Position numbers and translations under genes: made by a program. The notes beneath the pieces are model-generated. The model saw only the letters and a program-made list of their open reading frames with translations, was not told the DNA's origin and searched no databases. A stretch of DNA of 36,042 nucleotides from an uncultured Calditrichota bacterium (GTDB lineage Bacteria; Calditrichota; Calditrichia; Calditrichales; CAYPHA01). The stretch spans positions 1 to 36,042 of the forward strand of contig CAYPHA010000043.1 in the NCBI GenBank assembly GCA_964410215.1, in the 5' to 3' direction. Of the stretch, positions 18,201 to 25,516 are shown in pieces (position 1 is the first letter of the stretch; each line of letters begins with the position of its first letter).

Positions 18201-18808
18201 TCACCCACCTTCTGAACAGTGAAAGTCTGATGCCGTCGGGCGCCATTTCCGGTGCGGTAGATCTGACCGATACGATGGATGACAGCGGCGTTTCCGTATA
18301 CCTCGGCGGGTTGATCAATGATACGACGGTGACCGATTCGGAAGGTTTCTACATGTTCAGCAACCTGGAGGACGGTGCTTACAGCGTTACGGTATCCCAT
18401 ATCGGTTACTGGAGTGCCGATAGTTCCATCGAAAATATCTCCGTTTCCTCTGACACTGTCGCCGGAATGGATTTTACACTGGAGCCTGTCATTTCGGATC
18501 TAACGGCAAAAGGGGGCCACGCACTTCCGGCTGCATTCGGACTCGCCCAGAATTATCCGAATCCATTCAACCCTGAAACCCATATCCGTTATCAGTTACC
18601 TCAATCCTCCCATGTTATTCTGGAAGTGTTTAACACGCTGGGAAAACGGGTGGCAGTCCTTGCGGATGCCGCGCAACCGGCCGGCTATTACATCCTGACA
18701 TGGATTGCCCGGGATGAGCAGGGCAACCGCCTGCCGTCGGGCATATACGTCTACCGTCTTCGTGCCGGAAACTTTAATCAGATTCGCAAGCTGGTATTGG
18801 TGAAATAG
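15233..18808 (+). CDS. Large multidomain secreted zinc metallopeptidase, M36 (fungalysin)-like, T9SS cargo
   Basis: Signal peptide MKSITQLFAVSALLFLFQNAYS. FTP/PepSY-like propeptide region. HEHAHSFQTNLTGG (HEXXH plus N-L-x-G-G, resembling the M36 HEYTHGLSNRLVGG block) at nt 16397-16438. Two internal Ig-like repeats of about 90 aa. An alpha/beta domain of unknown family (nt 17483-18113). A carboxypeptidase-regulatory-like beta-sandwich (SEGFYMFSNLEDGAYSVTVSHIGYWS). C-terminal LAQNYPNPFNPETHIRYQL...GIYVYRLRAGNFNQIRKLVLVK T9SS CTD. Confidence 0.7.
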   Translation: MKSITQLFAVSALLFLFQNAYSHKQPERNQLERLNLKTHHTIRTLSGAHLEKNGLIRYRYNLKIDAYSGNPETIARAYLQDWSEQYGFDKGLKTLQTERISRTPGGTHVRFEQTVDGIPVFGSRVTVSLNQWDEITFVSSAYRPRARLSSPKASLEKSDAIKKAFEYIRPEGPLTVPETARLMIFESRDRGFELAWKVNFSTSEPGAAWEIFVHAQDGRIIHVQDKMMYHTGEGLVWDPDPLTTAGTEYGGAYTDNNDLDSPELNAERITVILPDITYENGLYRLEGPYAVLADLENPSDNFPELADSSAFVFTRNQQNFEAVMCYYHIDRSTRRMVELGYEEPLQMAFKVDPHGLNGDDNSHYDPNGNYVAFGEGGVDDAEDADVIWHEHAHSFQTNLTGGMAYTGETMSLQEGSSDYWAASYSRYINDYNWGFVFSWDGHNEFWNGRRCDLDWVYPDDYVSGHNGGQIWSSALMKIWVDIGRDITDQLFLETHYIWGYAPGLQDAAEAFIQADRNLYDGAHTGIIVEHFDAHGLVNKEDYIPQIVHTPLNDTEDTENDYPVIATIFPGAEPLDPERLWVIYGLSALTDTVNMSATANPNEYVGYIPATGVDTTVYYYITAVDEANTAAYDPANAPLEYHEFVVGADTLNPVIQHIALGDQPLSRWPATVRAIVTDNLSVDSVECIYYINTAGTEETFTLDSVDTDTYEAVFPVSSADLTIGDSIFYRITATDASTNENTATTPDSGYHGFEIIDEKGTILIVNDDPLGKTYVESEKGGRYRKQDAFGKSSDQMQSWLEEMGYIADQLTVADALAAEFTAYDLIISSSGANESPVANADYRTKLENWVSDPSHKLLVEGGEVGYDAAQSPGYPSFAANVLHSTDWDADQAGPLLLRGEFEDHPIATTPNPLPGNIGLTYSNYGDQDSQKPDAPAYVVFGNSTANNRDNAGVLVYDDDADSTSAQIVYFAFNLDAVSDSLHARNLLENTVTHLLNSESLMPSGAISGAVDLTDTMDDSGVSVYLGGLINDTTVTDSEGFYMFSNLEDGAYSVTVSHIGYWSADSSIENISVSSDTVAGMDFTLEPVISDLTAKGGHALPAAFGLAQNYPNPFNPETHIRYQLPQSSHVILEVFNTLGKRVAVLADAAQPAGYYILTWIARDEQGNRLPSGIYVYRLRAGNFNQIRKLVLVK

Positions 18809-19016
18809 GGTAATCGAACAGATGGGATACGGTATTTATTTTTGAATTTTTTCATGGTTTTTGTTTCCCAGGCAATCAACCCCCATTTAAATGATTATAT
18901 CCATAACTACAATTCCACAAAATTCCCCTATTACGAATTGTCTGGAATCGATTATTTTTATACATTTTCAGCAATGCAATGCGTATCTTGGAATACGTTA
19001 ATACACGGAGAATGGA

Positions 19017-19856
19017 ATGGGATTCTGGGGAAAAGCGATTGGCGCCACACTGGGCCTGATGGTAGGCGGCCCGCTTGGTGCCGTCATCGGCGCGGCGATC
19101 GGACATGGTTTCGACATGGATGCAAAAATGCTGAAAAGAAGAGATGTGAACTGCCCGAACTGCCACAACCGGGTTGTGCTGGAAGAAGGGATCTCCAACT
19201 GGGTCTGCCCACACTGTGGCCATCAGATCGAATATCATGAAGTCGGCAGTACCTACGACCGGCAGTTTATTTTTTATGTCAGCCTGGCTTCTCTGGCCGC
19301 CAAAATGGCCAAGGCTGACGGTGTGATAACCGCTGACGAAATCCGGGCCTTCGACCGCTTCATTAAGGAGGATCTCGGACTGTCCACTGAAGAACGCAAG
19401 GTAGTCGCCAGGCTCTTTAACGAGGCAAAAAACACCCCGGATGACGGATTCATGCTGGCCGGTCAGTTTCACGACCTGATGGGCCATCGTCCGGATGTGC
19501 TGCAGGTGATGGTCCACCTGCTCTTTCAAATATCGATGGCCGACGGGCACTTTCATCCCGCTGAAGAACAGTATATCGCGCGTGTGGCAGCCGTGTTCCG
19601 TTTGCCAGATTCCGAATATGAACAGATCAAAGCCCTCTTTATCAAGCAAAACGACCGGGCTTACCAGCTTCTCGGCCTTTCTTCCGATGCCGCTGACGAG
19701 GAGATCAAAAGAACATACAAAAAACTGGTTCAGGAATACCATCCGGACAAACTCACCGCCAAAGGTGTTCCTGATGATTTTATAAAATTCGCCAATGATA
19801 AAATGGCACAAATTAATGAGGCCTATTCCTCCATCCGCAGGGAAAGAGGCTTCTAG
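19017..19856 (+). CDS. djlA: DjlA-like co-chaperone: N-terminal Gly-zipper membrane helix, C4 zinc ribbon, TerB-like domain, C-terminal J domain
   Basis: N-terminus MGFWGKAIGATLGLMVGGPLGAVIGAAIGHG (GxxxG repeats). CPNC...CPHC (nt 19152-19232). Central TerB-like helical region. C-terminal J domain YQLLGLSSDAADEEIKRTYKKLVQEYHPDK with the HPD motif. SD GGAGA upstream. Overall order matches E. coli DjlA except for the zinc ribbon. Confidence 0.7.
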   Translation: MGFWGKAIGATLGLMVGGPLGAVIGAAIGHGFDMDAKMLKRRDVNCPNCHNRVVLEEGISNWVCPHCGHQIEYHEVGSTYDRQFIFYVSLASLAAKMAKADGVITADEIRAFDRFIKEDLGLSTEERKVVARLFNEAKNTPDDGFMLAGQFHDLMGHRPDVLQVMVHLLFQISMADGHFHPAEEQYIARVAAVFRLPDSEYEQIKALFIKQNDRAYQLLGLSSDAADEEIKRTYKKLVQEYHPDKLTAKGVPDDFIKFANDKMAQINEAYSSIRRERGF

Positions 19857-19888
19857 AGAATAACACCTCTAAACCTTACGGAGGTATC

Positions 19889-20359
19889 ATGAATAAAAAA
19901 GAACGCGATTTTTATCAGAAACTGCGTAAACAAATCAGTGAATACCTGGAAAGGAATCAATTCAAGTATGCTGATGTCCTGATGCTCGCCCCTGATTTCT
20001 TTCATTTACTGGTCAAACTTTCCATTGATCAGCGCATCCCGCCATCAAAGAAAGTAAAATTCATGGCAGCCATTGCCTATTTTCTTTCACCTCTGGATTT
20101 TTTTCCGGAAGCCCTGCTCGGACCGATCGGTTACATGGATGACATCGCCATTGCAGCTTATGTCCTCAATGAATTCATCAATAAAAACGATATCGATATC
20201 GTTCATGAACACTGGGCCGGAGAGGGTGATGTACTGGCATCCATTCAGAATATCATAACCGTGGCGAATGAATTCCTGGGTGAAGGGCTCTGGAACCGGA
20301 TTAAACGAAAGATCTCGCAGAGGGACCATGAATCGGGAAAAGGCCGGGATTCAATGTGA
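19889..20359 (+). CDS. DUF1232 (YkvA-like) family protein
   Basis: Signature LSPLDFFPEALLGPIGYMDDIAIAAYVLNEF matches the P-x-D-x-I-P-D/E...G-Y-x-D-D core of DUF1232. 156 aa. SD GGAGG lies 6 nt upstream. Confidence 0.65.
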   Translation: MNKKERDFYQKLRKQISEYLERNQFKYADVLMLAPDFFHLLVKLSIDQRIPPSKKVKFMAAIAYFLSPLDFFPEALLGPIGYMDDIAIAAYVLNEFINKNDIDIVHEHWAGEGDVLASIQNIITVANEFLGEGLWNRIKRKISQRDHESGKGRDSM

Positions 20360-20471
20360 AAATGGTACTCCCTTTTCCGCTGGAAATGGTTTATCCGGCT
20401 ATCGATACGCCGGCCATACGTATACCGGTATCGGCACGGGCGAAAACGCAGTAAGGAAATACATTGTGCCC

Positions 20472-22322
20472 ATGAAACCCGTCTATCAGCGCATTCTGGT
20501 TTTAACAGGTTTCTTCGTCATTGCATCCCTGTTCAGCGGATATGTTGTGTATCAAACTTATACACGTTTTAATGAACAGCTTCTGCAACAGACAGCCTTG
20601 TTACTTGGAGAGGCCGTTGAAGAAACACTTCTGAACGCCGCCGACCAGAACCTGGAGGAACTGACCGCCTCCGAAAAGCAGCGAATCCGCGAAGTTATGC
20701 GCTCTATGACGACGGAAAGCGGAAGTATCATCCACATCCTGCTGATCAATTCAAAAATGACCATCCTGCTCAGCAGCGACCCGGATATCGAGGGTCATGC
20801 TTATAAAAATCCCGAAGAAATTGCCCGGCTTCAGACGGACCAGCCCATCGTGCTCGGAAAAAACTGGGAAGGCAATTTTAGAATTGTGGATGTTATCATA
20901 CCACTAAAAAATGCGAAAGAAGAAGTATTCAGCCACCTCAGGCTGGTTTTGTCCTACCGGGAACTGTCTACATTTTTCAGGGATATCAGCACGGTTTTTA
21001 TTCCTCTGATTCTTATCTTCGCCCTGCTGATGCTGGTTTCGGTATATTTCCTTTCGAAATCATACCGCAAGCCCCTCGATTTTGTAAAGAAACTGGGTAA
21101 GCAGCTTTCCAGCGGCAATTACGATATAAATGTCTCCTACCCGCGTGATGATGAATTTACCCAGGCAACGCAGGAGATTAAAAAAACAATAAAAAGAGCT
21201 CATGTGCTGCAGGAGAGTTACAAAAAAATTGAAAAGCGCATTTCCGCCCTTCTTCAGGCCGTCGATGAAAGTACGGTTCTGATTGATGCCGAAGAAAATA
21301 TAACCACCTATAACAATGCCGCCGTCACATTGCTGGAGTGTCCGGAGGACCAGGACTTCACGGCCTATTTTAAAAAACTGAAATCCGACAACCGTGAATT
21401 GCGAAAAATAATCAGCCAGGCCCTGCTGGGTAACGACGTCCCGCCCGGCCTGGAGTTGTCGGTTTTTCTGCCGAACGGCAAAGACCTGTTGTTGCGGATT
21501 ACCACCCAGATCCTCTTCGAGGAAAAACGCATCAACGGGGTGCTGCTTACTTTTAAAGATATCTACCTTTTAAATGAGCTGGAACATAACCTGCAACGGT
21601 CGATGAAATTCGGCGTAATCGCTAACCTGGCTTCCTCCATCAGTCACGAGATCCGCAATCCATTGTCATCCGTAGCTATGCACGCCGAAGGACTTAAAGG
21701 CAGACTGAAGAAATCCAGTCTTAAAGCAAATGACCCGGCTTACCATTCGTTGGATATACTGCAGAAGGAAGTAAAGCGCCTGCACCGCATCATAGACCAG
21801 TTTCTTAATCTGGCCCGTTCGCGGGAAACCATCCTGGTTCAACTGCGGATCAATGCGCTTATCAATGATGTTATCGTACTTGTCCAGCAACAGGCTGTTG
21901 AACGAAATATCACCATCGAGAAGGAACTGGATGATACCATAGATTTTATTTACGGCGATACGGATCAGATTAAACAGGTGATTTTGAATATCGTTTTAAA
22001 CGCTTTCCAGGCAATTGAGAATGATGGACGCGTTACTTTCCGCTCCCGGGCTTCCAATGAAAGGATTTTAGTGGAAATTCATGATAACGGGAAAGGGATA
22101 TCACCGGAAGCAAGAGGACACCTCTTCGAACTCTATTACACAACCAAAGAAGACGGCAGTGGCATCGGACTGGCCATCAGCAGGAATATTATGCAGGCCC
22201 ATGACGGCCGTATTACCTTCGAAAGTGCAGAGGGCAAAGGTACGGTATTTATACTTGACTTCCCCCGAAAGGATCTGACAATTACACCGACGCAACTCAC
22301 CAGACGGAGAAGACCCAAATGA
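20472..22322 (+). CDS. Sensor histidine kinase (2 TM, extracytoplasmic sensor, HAMP-like linker, PAS, HisKA, HATPase_c); no cognate response regulator adjacent
   Basis: H-box SHEIRNPLSS, N-box LNAFQAI, G1 HDNGKGIS, G2 GSGIGLAISRNIM. TM1 ILVLTGFFVIASLFSGYVV and TM2 VFIPLILIFALLMLVSVYFL flank a roughly 150-aa sensor domain. Start chosen at ATG 20472 (MKPVYQRILVL). The listed ORF extends to 20268, but that extension overlaps the DUF1232 gene and looks unconserved. Confidence 0.8.
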   Translation: MKPVYQRILVLTGFFVIASLFSGYVVYQTYTRFNEQLLQQTALLLGEAVEETLLNAADQNLEELTASEKQRIREVMRSMTTESGSIIHILLINSKMTILLSSDPDIEGHAYKNPEEIARLQTDQPIVLGKNWEGNFRIVDVIIPLKNAKEEVFSHLRLVLSYRELSTFFRDISTVFIPLILIFALLMLVSVYFLSKSYRKPLDFVKKLGKQLSSGNYDINVSYPRDDEFTQATQEIKKTIKRAHVLQESYKKIEKRISALLQAVDESTVLIDAEENITTYNNAAVTLLECPEDQDFTAYFKKLKSDNRELRKIISQALLGNDVPPGLELSVFLPNGKDLLLRITTQILFEEKRINGVLLTFKDIYLLNELEHNLQRSMKFGVIANLASSISHEIRNPLSSVAMHAEGLKGRLKKSSLKANDPAYHSLDILQKEVKRLHRIIDQFLNLARSRETILVQLRINALINDVIVLVQQQAVERNITIEKELDDTIDFIYGDTDQIKQVILNIVLNAFQAIENDGRVTFRSRASNERILVEIHDNGKGISPEARGHLFELYYTTKEDGSGIGLAISRNIMQAHDGRITFESAEGKGTVFILDFPRKDLTITPTQLTRRRRPK

Positions 22323-25300
22323 GCGGACTGAACGTAACAGGCGGTCCGCTGGGCACCTACTACTATTTCGCAGAAAAACTGTGTCAGAAAGCCGGAGAAG
22401 GCCGTTTCAATTTTATGACCATTCTTCCGGTTAACCGGGCCGTCCGCCAGTTTACACGGACATTGATCGACAATGCCGCCAATAAAACGGTTATTTCACC
22501 CGCTGTTTTTACATTTGATGATCTGCTTCTCAAACTATATAAGAACCGGACACAGGCAAAGAAAGTCCTGGACCGCGATCTGCTGTCCCTGCTGATTTCG
22601 GAAATCATTCGGTCTGACCTTGCTTCTTTTACGTTCTTCAAAATACCCGGAAAGGTACCGGGAGCCTTCTATAAACGTATAGCCGACATCATATTTGAAT
22701 TACGGCGTTTCGGATATACCTCAGGTGATATCGCAAAACTGAGGGATAATCAGGGTTCCGAAAAACTGAGTGATATCCTGCGGATACAGGAAATGCTTGA
22801 GGAATACCTCGATCCCGACCTGATCGATGAATCGGCCGCAGTCAACATTGCCGCTTCCGCTGTTACCCGTGAGGAATTCGACCGGTTATTTCCCGGAATC
22901 GATGAAATTTACATCAGCGGTTACGGTCTGTTCACCCCGGCCATGTTTGAATTCATCGAAAATGTATCCCGCTGGAAAGATGTGCACATCAAGATTGAGC
23001 ATGTGGGTGGAAATCCGGATCTTTTTAAGCACACGGAAGCAGCCGCGGAAAGACTCGGCACCTGTGAAGAAATACAAACCACGCCCTTCGCGGATGTTCT
23101 TTTCAACCGGTCACGGAAATCGGCACCACCCGCCACAGCGGCCGCAGAGATTCATATCACGGCCACCGATGACCGGAACCGTGAAATTCAATTCATTGCT
23201 GAACAAATCCGGCGTCTGCATGGTGATACCGGGCTGCCCCTGAACCGCATTGGCATCACATTCGCCGATCTGGAATCCTATGCGCCCCTCATCCGGCAGA
23301 TTTTCCGCGAATATGAAATACCGTTTAATCTATCTACCGGATTCCGGCTCATGCAGTCCCCGCTGATACGAACCTTTCTTGATGTACTGACAATCAGGGA
23401 AAGCGGCCTGGAAACAGCGGATCTACTGGAACTCCTGCGTGCCCCGCTCCTTAAAATTTTCTCTGAAAAAGAAACCCTGGAACTGCAGGCGCTTTTTTTC
23501 GAACAACGCATTCGCCACCTCAGCCGGAAACGATTGGAAACCCTCATCGAAGACCAATCAGAATGGTCCGTACAGGGAAGAGACACGCAAGCGCTTTTAG
23601 AGAAACTGATGGATTTCCTCAAACCGTTTTATGATATACCGGATAAGCAGCCCCCCTCACAATTCCGGACAGTGGGGCTGAACCTGTTCCGTCATTGTAA
23701 TCTGCTCGGTTGGTATAAACGGCCTTCTCCGGAATTGAGCGAGCGCGGACAGGAAAATGAATTCAGGGCCTTTAACCGCTTTATGAAACTCTATGACCGT
23801 GTAATCTGGATGCTGAACCGGCTTTATGGCAGCTCGCCCATCAGCTTTGCTGACTTCCTGGAACACCTTACCTCCGCTATCCGTGAAGCATCCTATAATC
23901 TCAGCGAATGGCCCGGTTACGGTGTTCAAATCATGCCCCGCCTTGAATTGCAGGCTATGGAATGCAACGTCCTTTTTATTGGTGGACTGATCGATGGTGA
24001 ATTTCCCAGAACGTCCGCACGTGACATCTTTTTCAGCGATGAGACACGCTCCAGAATGGGTCTGATAACGACAAATGCACTACTGGACCAGGACCGCTTT
24101 ATCTTCTATACGCTGCTTGATTCAGGAGCTGACACATTGTATCTGACCTATCCGCGTTACAGAGGTGACCGCGCACTGGTTCCATCAAATTTTTTAAGTG
24201 AGCTGTCCGATGTTCTTCCGGTAATCCACCTGAAAGATGATCAGCCGGCTATTAGAAACAAAATACAGCTTAAAACTGCGCTGGGAGCGGTACTCCAGAC
24301 TTCCGATAAATCTAAAATCAGTCGTTCAAAAGAGCTTTGCAACAGTTTTATCCGTCTTTATGAGAAAAAGCACCAGGACGCACAAAAGATACTCCTTTCG
24401 GTTCTGGAACGAATTTCCGCCACCAACCATCGACGTACCGGCATGCAATTCGGACGCTTCGAAGGCGCACTCCCGGAACATGGACCCATCCATGAAGACC
24501 TTACCAGGCGCTACCGGGATAACGTCTGGTCCATCACGCAGATTGAAGACTATGCCCGTTGTCCCATGAATTTTTTTATGAACCGGATACTGGGACTGGA
24601 AGATGTTCCCGCATTCGAGGAAACCCTCTCCTACCTTGAAAAAGGGAATCTGATTCATCGTATTTTCTTTCAGTTCTACACACACCTTAAATCCATCGGT
24701 GAAACCGGTGAACCGCTGAAGCATAAATCCGAATTATACCGGATTGCCCGGAAAAACCTGGCGGCACTGCCTTTTGAGGGATTTTTCTGGGAACTGGAAA
24801 AACAACTTTATTTCGGACGCGATGAGGAACCGGGGTTACTCGATGTTTTCCTGATGAAGGATCAGGAGTTTATCAGTCATGCCGGCACCACCCCTATCTT
24901 TTTTGAATTCAGTTTCGGCAACCGCATCTCCGGTGAGGCAGATCCCGATTCCGGCATGTCACCGGTTACGCTGACCGCCGGCGATGAAAAACTGACCTGC
25001 GCAGGAAAAATTGACCGCATCGATCTTCTGGATCAAAAATTCCTGTGTATACATGATTATAAAACAGGCAAGATCTCCGTAAGCGGCAGGTTATCCGAAA
25101 TTCAGGAAGGAAAGAGCTTTCAGCTCCCCCTTTACCTCCTGGCCTTAAGCAAACTTTTGCCCGGGTACACACCGGTTTATGCCGGTTATTTTCGAGTGGC
25201 TGATGCACAGAATTGCCGGCTATATCCTATTCTGGCCGATAGGGAAAGCGTTCAATTCCTTTCTGATAAAGATAAGGCACTTATACCAAACAAGCAGGTC

Positions 25301-25516
25301 ATTGATGAAGATGGAACACCTCTCTGTCTGGATGATTTGCTCCGGGAATCCCTTTCCAAAGCACTCGGTCAGATCCGTCAGCTCAAAGCGGGTTATTTCA
25401 GTCATTATACGAACCCTGAAGATGAATTCTGCAGTTCTTATTGCACCTTCCGCAGAATGTGTCAGAAAAATGTCTCTAAAATCAACCGTATAACACGTCA
25501 GGGGTTGAATGAATAA
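22319..25516 (+). CDS. addB: AddB-like subunit of an AddAB/RexAB-type helicase-nuclease (inactive helicase-like N-terminal region, C-terminal PD-(D/E)XK nuclease with candidate Fe-S cysteines)
   Basis: 1065 aa with no Walker A motif. C-terminal nuclease motif CIHDYKTGK (D...D/E-x-K). Cys in DYARCPMNFF plus a CSSYCTFRRMC cluster, resembling the AddB iron-staple arrangement. Overlaps the next gene by 8 nt. Confidence 0.7.
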   Translation: MSGLNVTGGPLGTYYYFAEKLCQKAGEGRFNFMTILPVNRAVRQFTRTLIDNAANKTVISPAVFTFDDLLLKLYKNRTQAKKVLDRDLLSLLISEIIRSDLASFTFFKIPGKVPGAFYKRIADIIFELRRFGYTSGDIAKLRDNQGSEKLSDILRIQEMLEEYLDPDLIDESAAVNIAASAVTREEFDRLFPGIDEIYISGYGLFTPAMFEFIENVSRWKDVHIKIEHVGGNPDLFKHTEAAAERLGTCEEIQTTPFADVLFNRSRKSAPPATAAAEIHITATDDRNREIQFIAEQIRRLHGDTGLPLNRIGITFADLESYAPLIRQIFREYEIPFNLSTGFRLMQSPLIRTFLDVLTIRESGLETADLLELLRAPLLKIFSEKETLELQALFFEQRIRHLSRKRLETLIEDQSEWSVQGRDTQALLEKLMDFLKPFYDIPDKQPPSQFRTVGLNLFRHCNLLGWYKRPSPELSERGQENEFRAFNRFMKLYDRVIWMLNRLYGSSPISFADFLEHLTSAIREASYNLSEWPGYGVQIMPRLELQAMECNVLFIGGLIDGEFPRTSARDIFFSDETRSRMGLITTNALLDQDRFIFYTLLDSGADTLYLTYPRYRGDRALVPSNFLSELSDVLPVIHLKDDQPAIRNKIQLKTALGAVLQTSDKSKISRSKELCNSFIRLYEKKHQDAQKILLSVLERISATNHRRTGMQFGRFEGALPEHGPIHEDLTRRYRDNVWSITQIEDYARCPMNFFMNRILGLEDVPAFEETLSYLEKGNLIHRIFFQFYTHLKSIGETGEPLKHKSELYRIARKNLAALPFEGFFWELEKQLYFGRDEEPGLLDVFLMKDQEFISHAGTTPIFFEFSFGNRISGEADPDSGMSPVTLTAGDEKLTCAGKIDRIDLLDQKFLCIHDYKTGKISVSGRLSEIQEGKSFQLPLYLLALSKLLPGYTPVYAGYFRVADAQNCRLYPILADRESVQFLSDKDKALIPNKQVIDEDGTPLCLDDLLRESLSKALGQIRQLKAGYFSHYTNPEDEFCSSYCTFRRMCQKNVSKINRITRQGLNE

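Noticed and set aside
18842-19240. 132-aa plus-strand ORF upstream of and overlapping djlA
   Set aside because: It is out of frame with djlA and overlaps it by about 220 nt. It has a Cys/Arg/Trp-rich translation, typical of an off-frame read through GC-rich coding DNA.
18876-19811. 311-aa ORF on the minus strand
   Set aside because: It is antisense across almost the whole djlA-like gene. The plus-strand ORF has unmistakable J-domain (HPD) and glycine-zipper features, and the minus ORF has no recognisable motifs. It is typical shadow-ORF behaviour.
20268-20471. 5' extension of the histidine-kinase ORF (68 codons)
   Set aside because: It overlaps the DUF1232 gene by 92 nt in another frame and has a Gly/Thr-rich composition unlike the rest of the protein. 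ATG 20472 gives a standard N-terminus with a TM helix right after the start.
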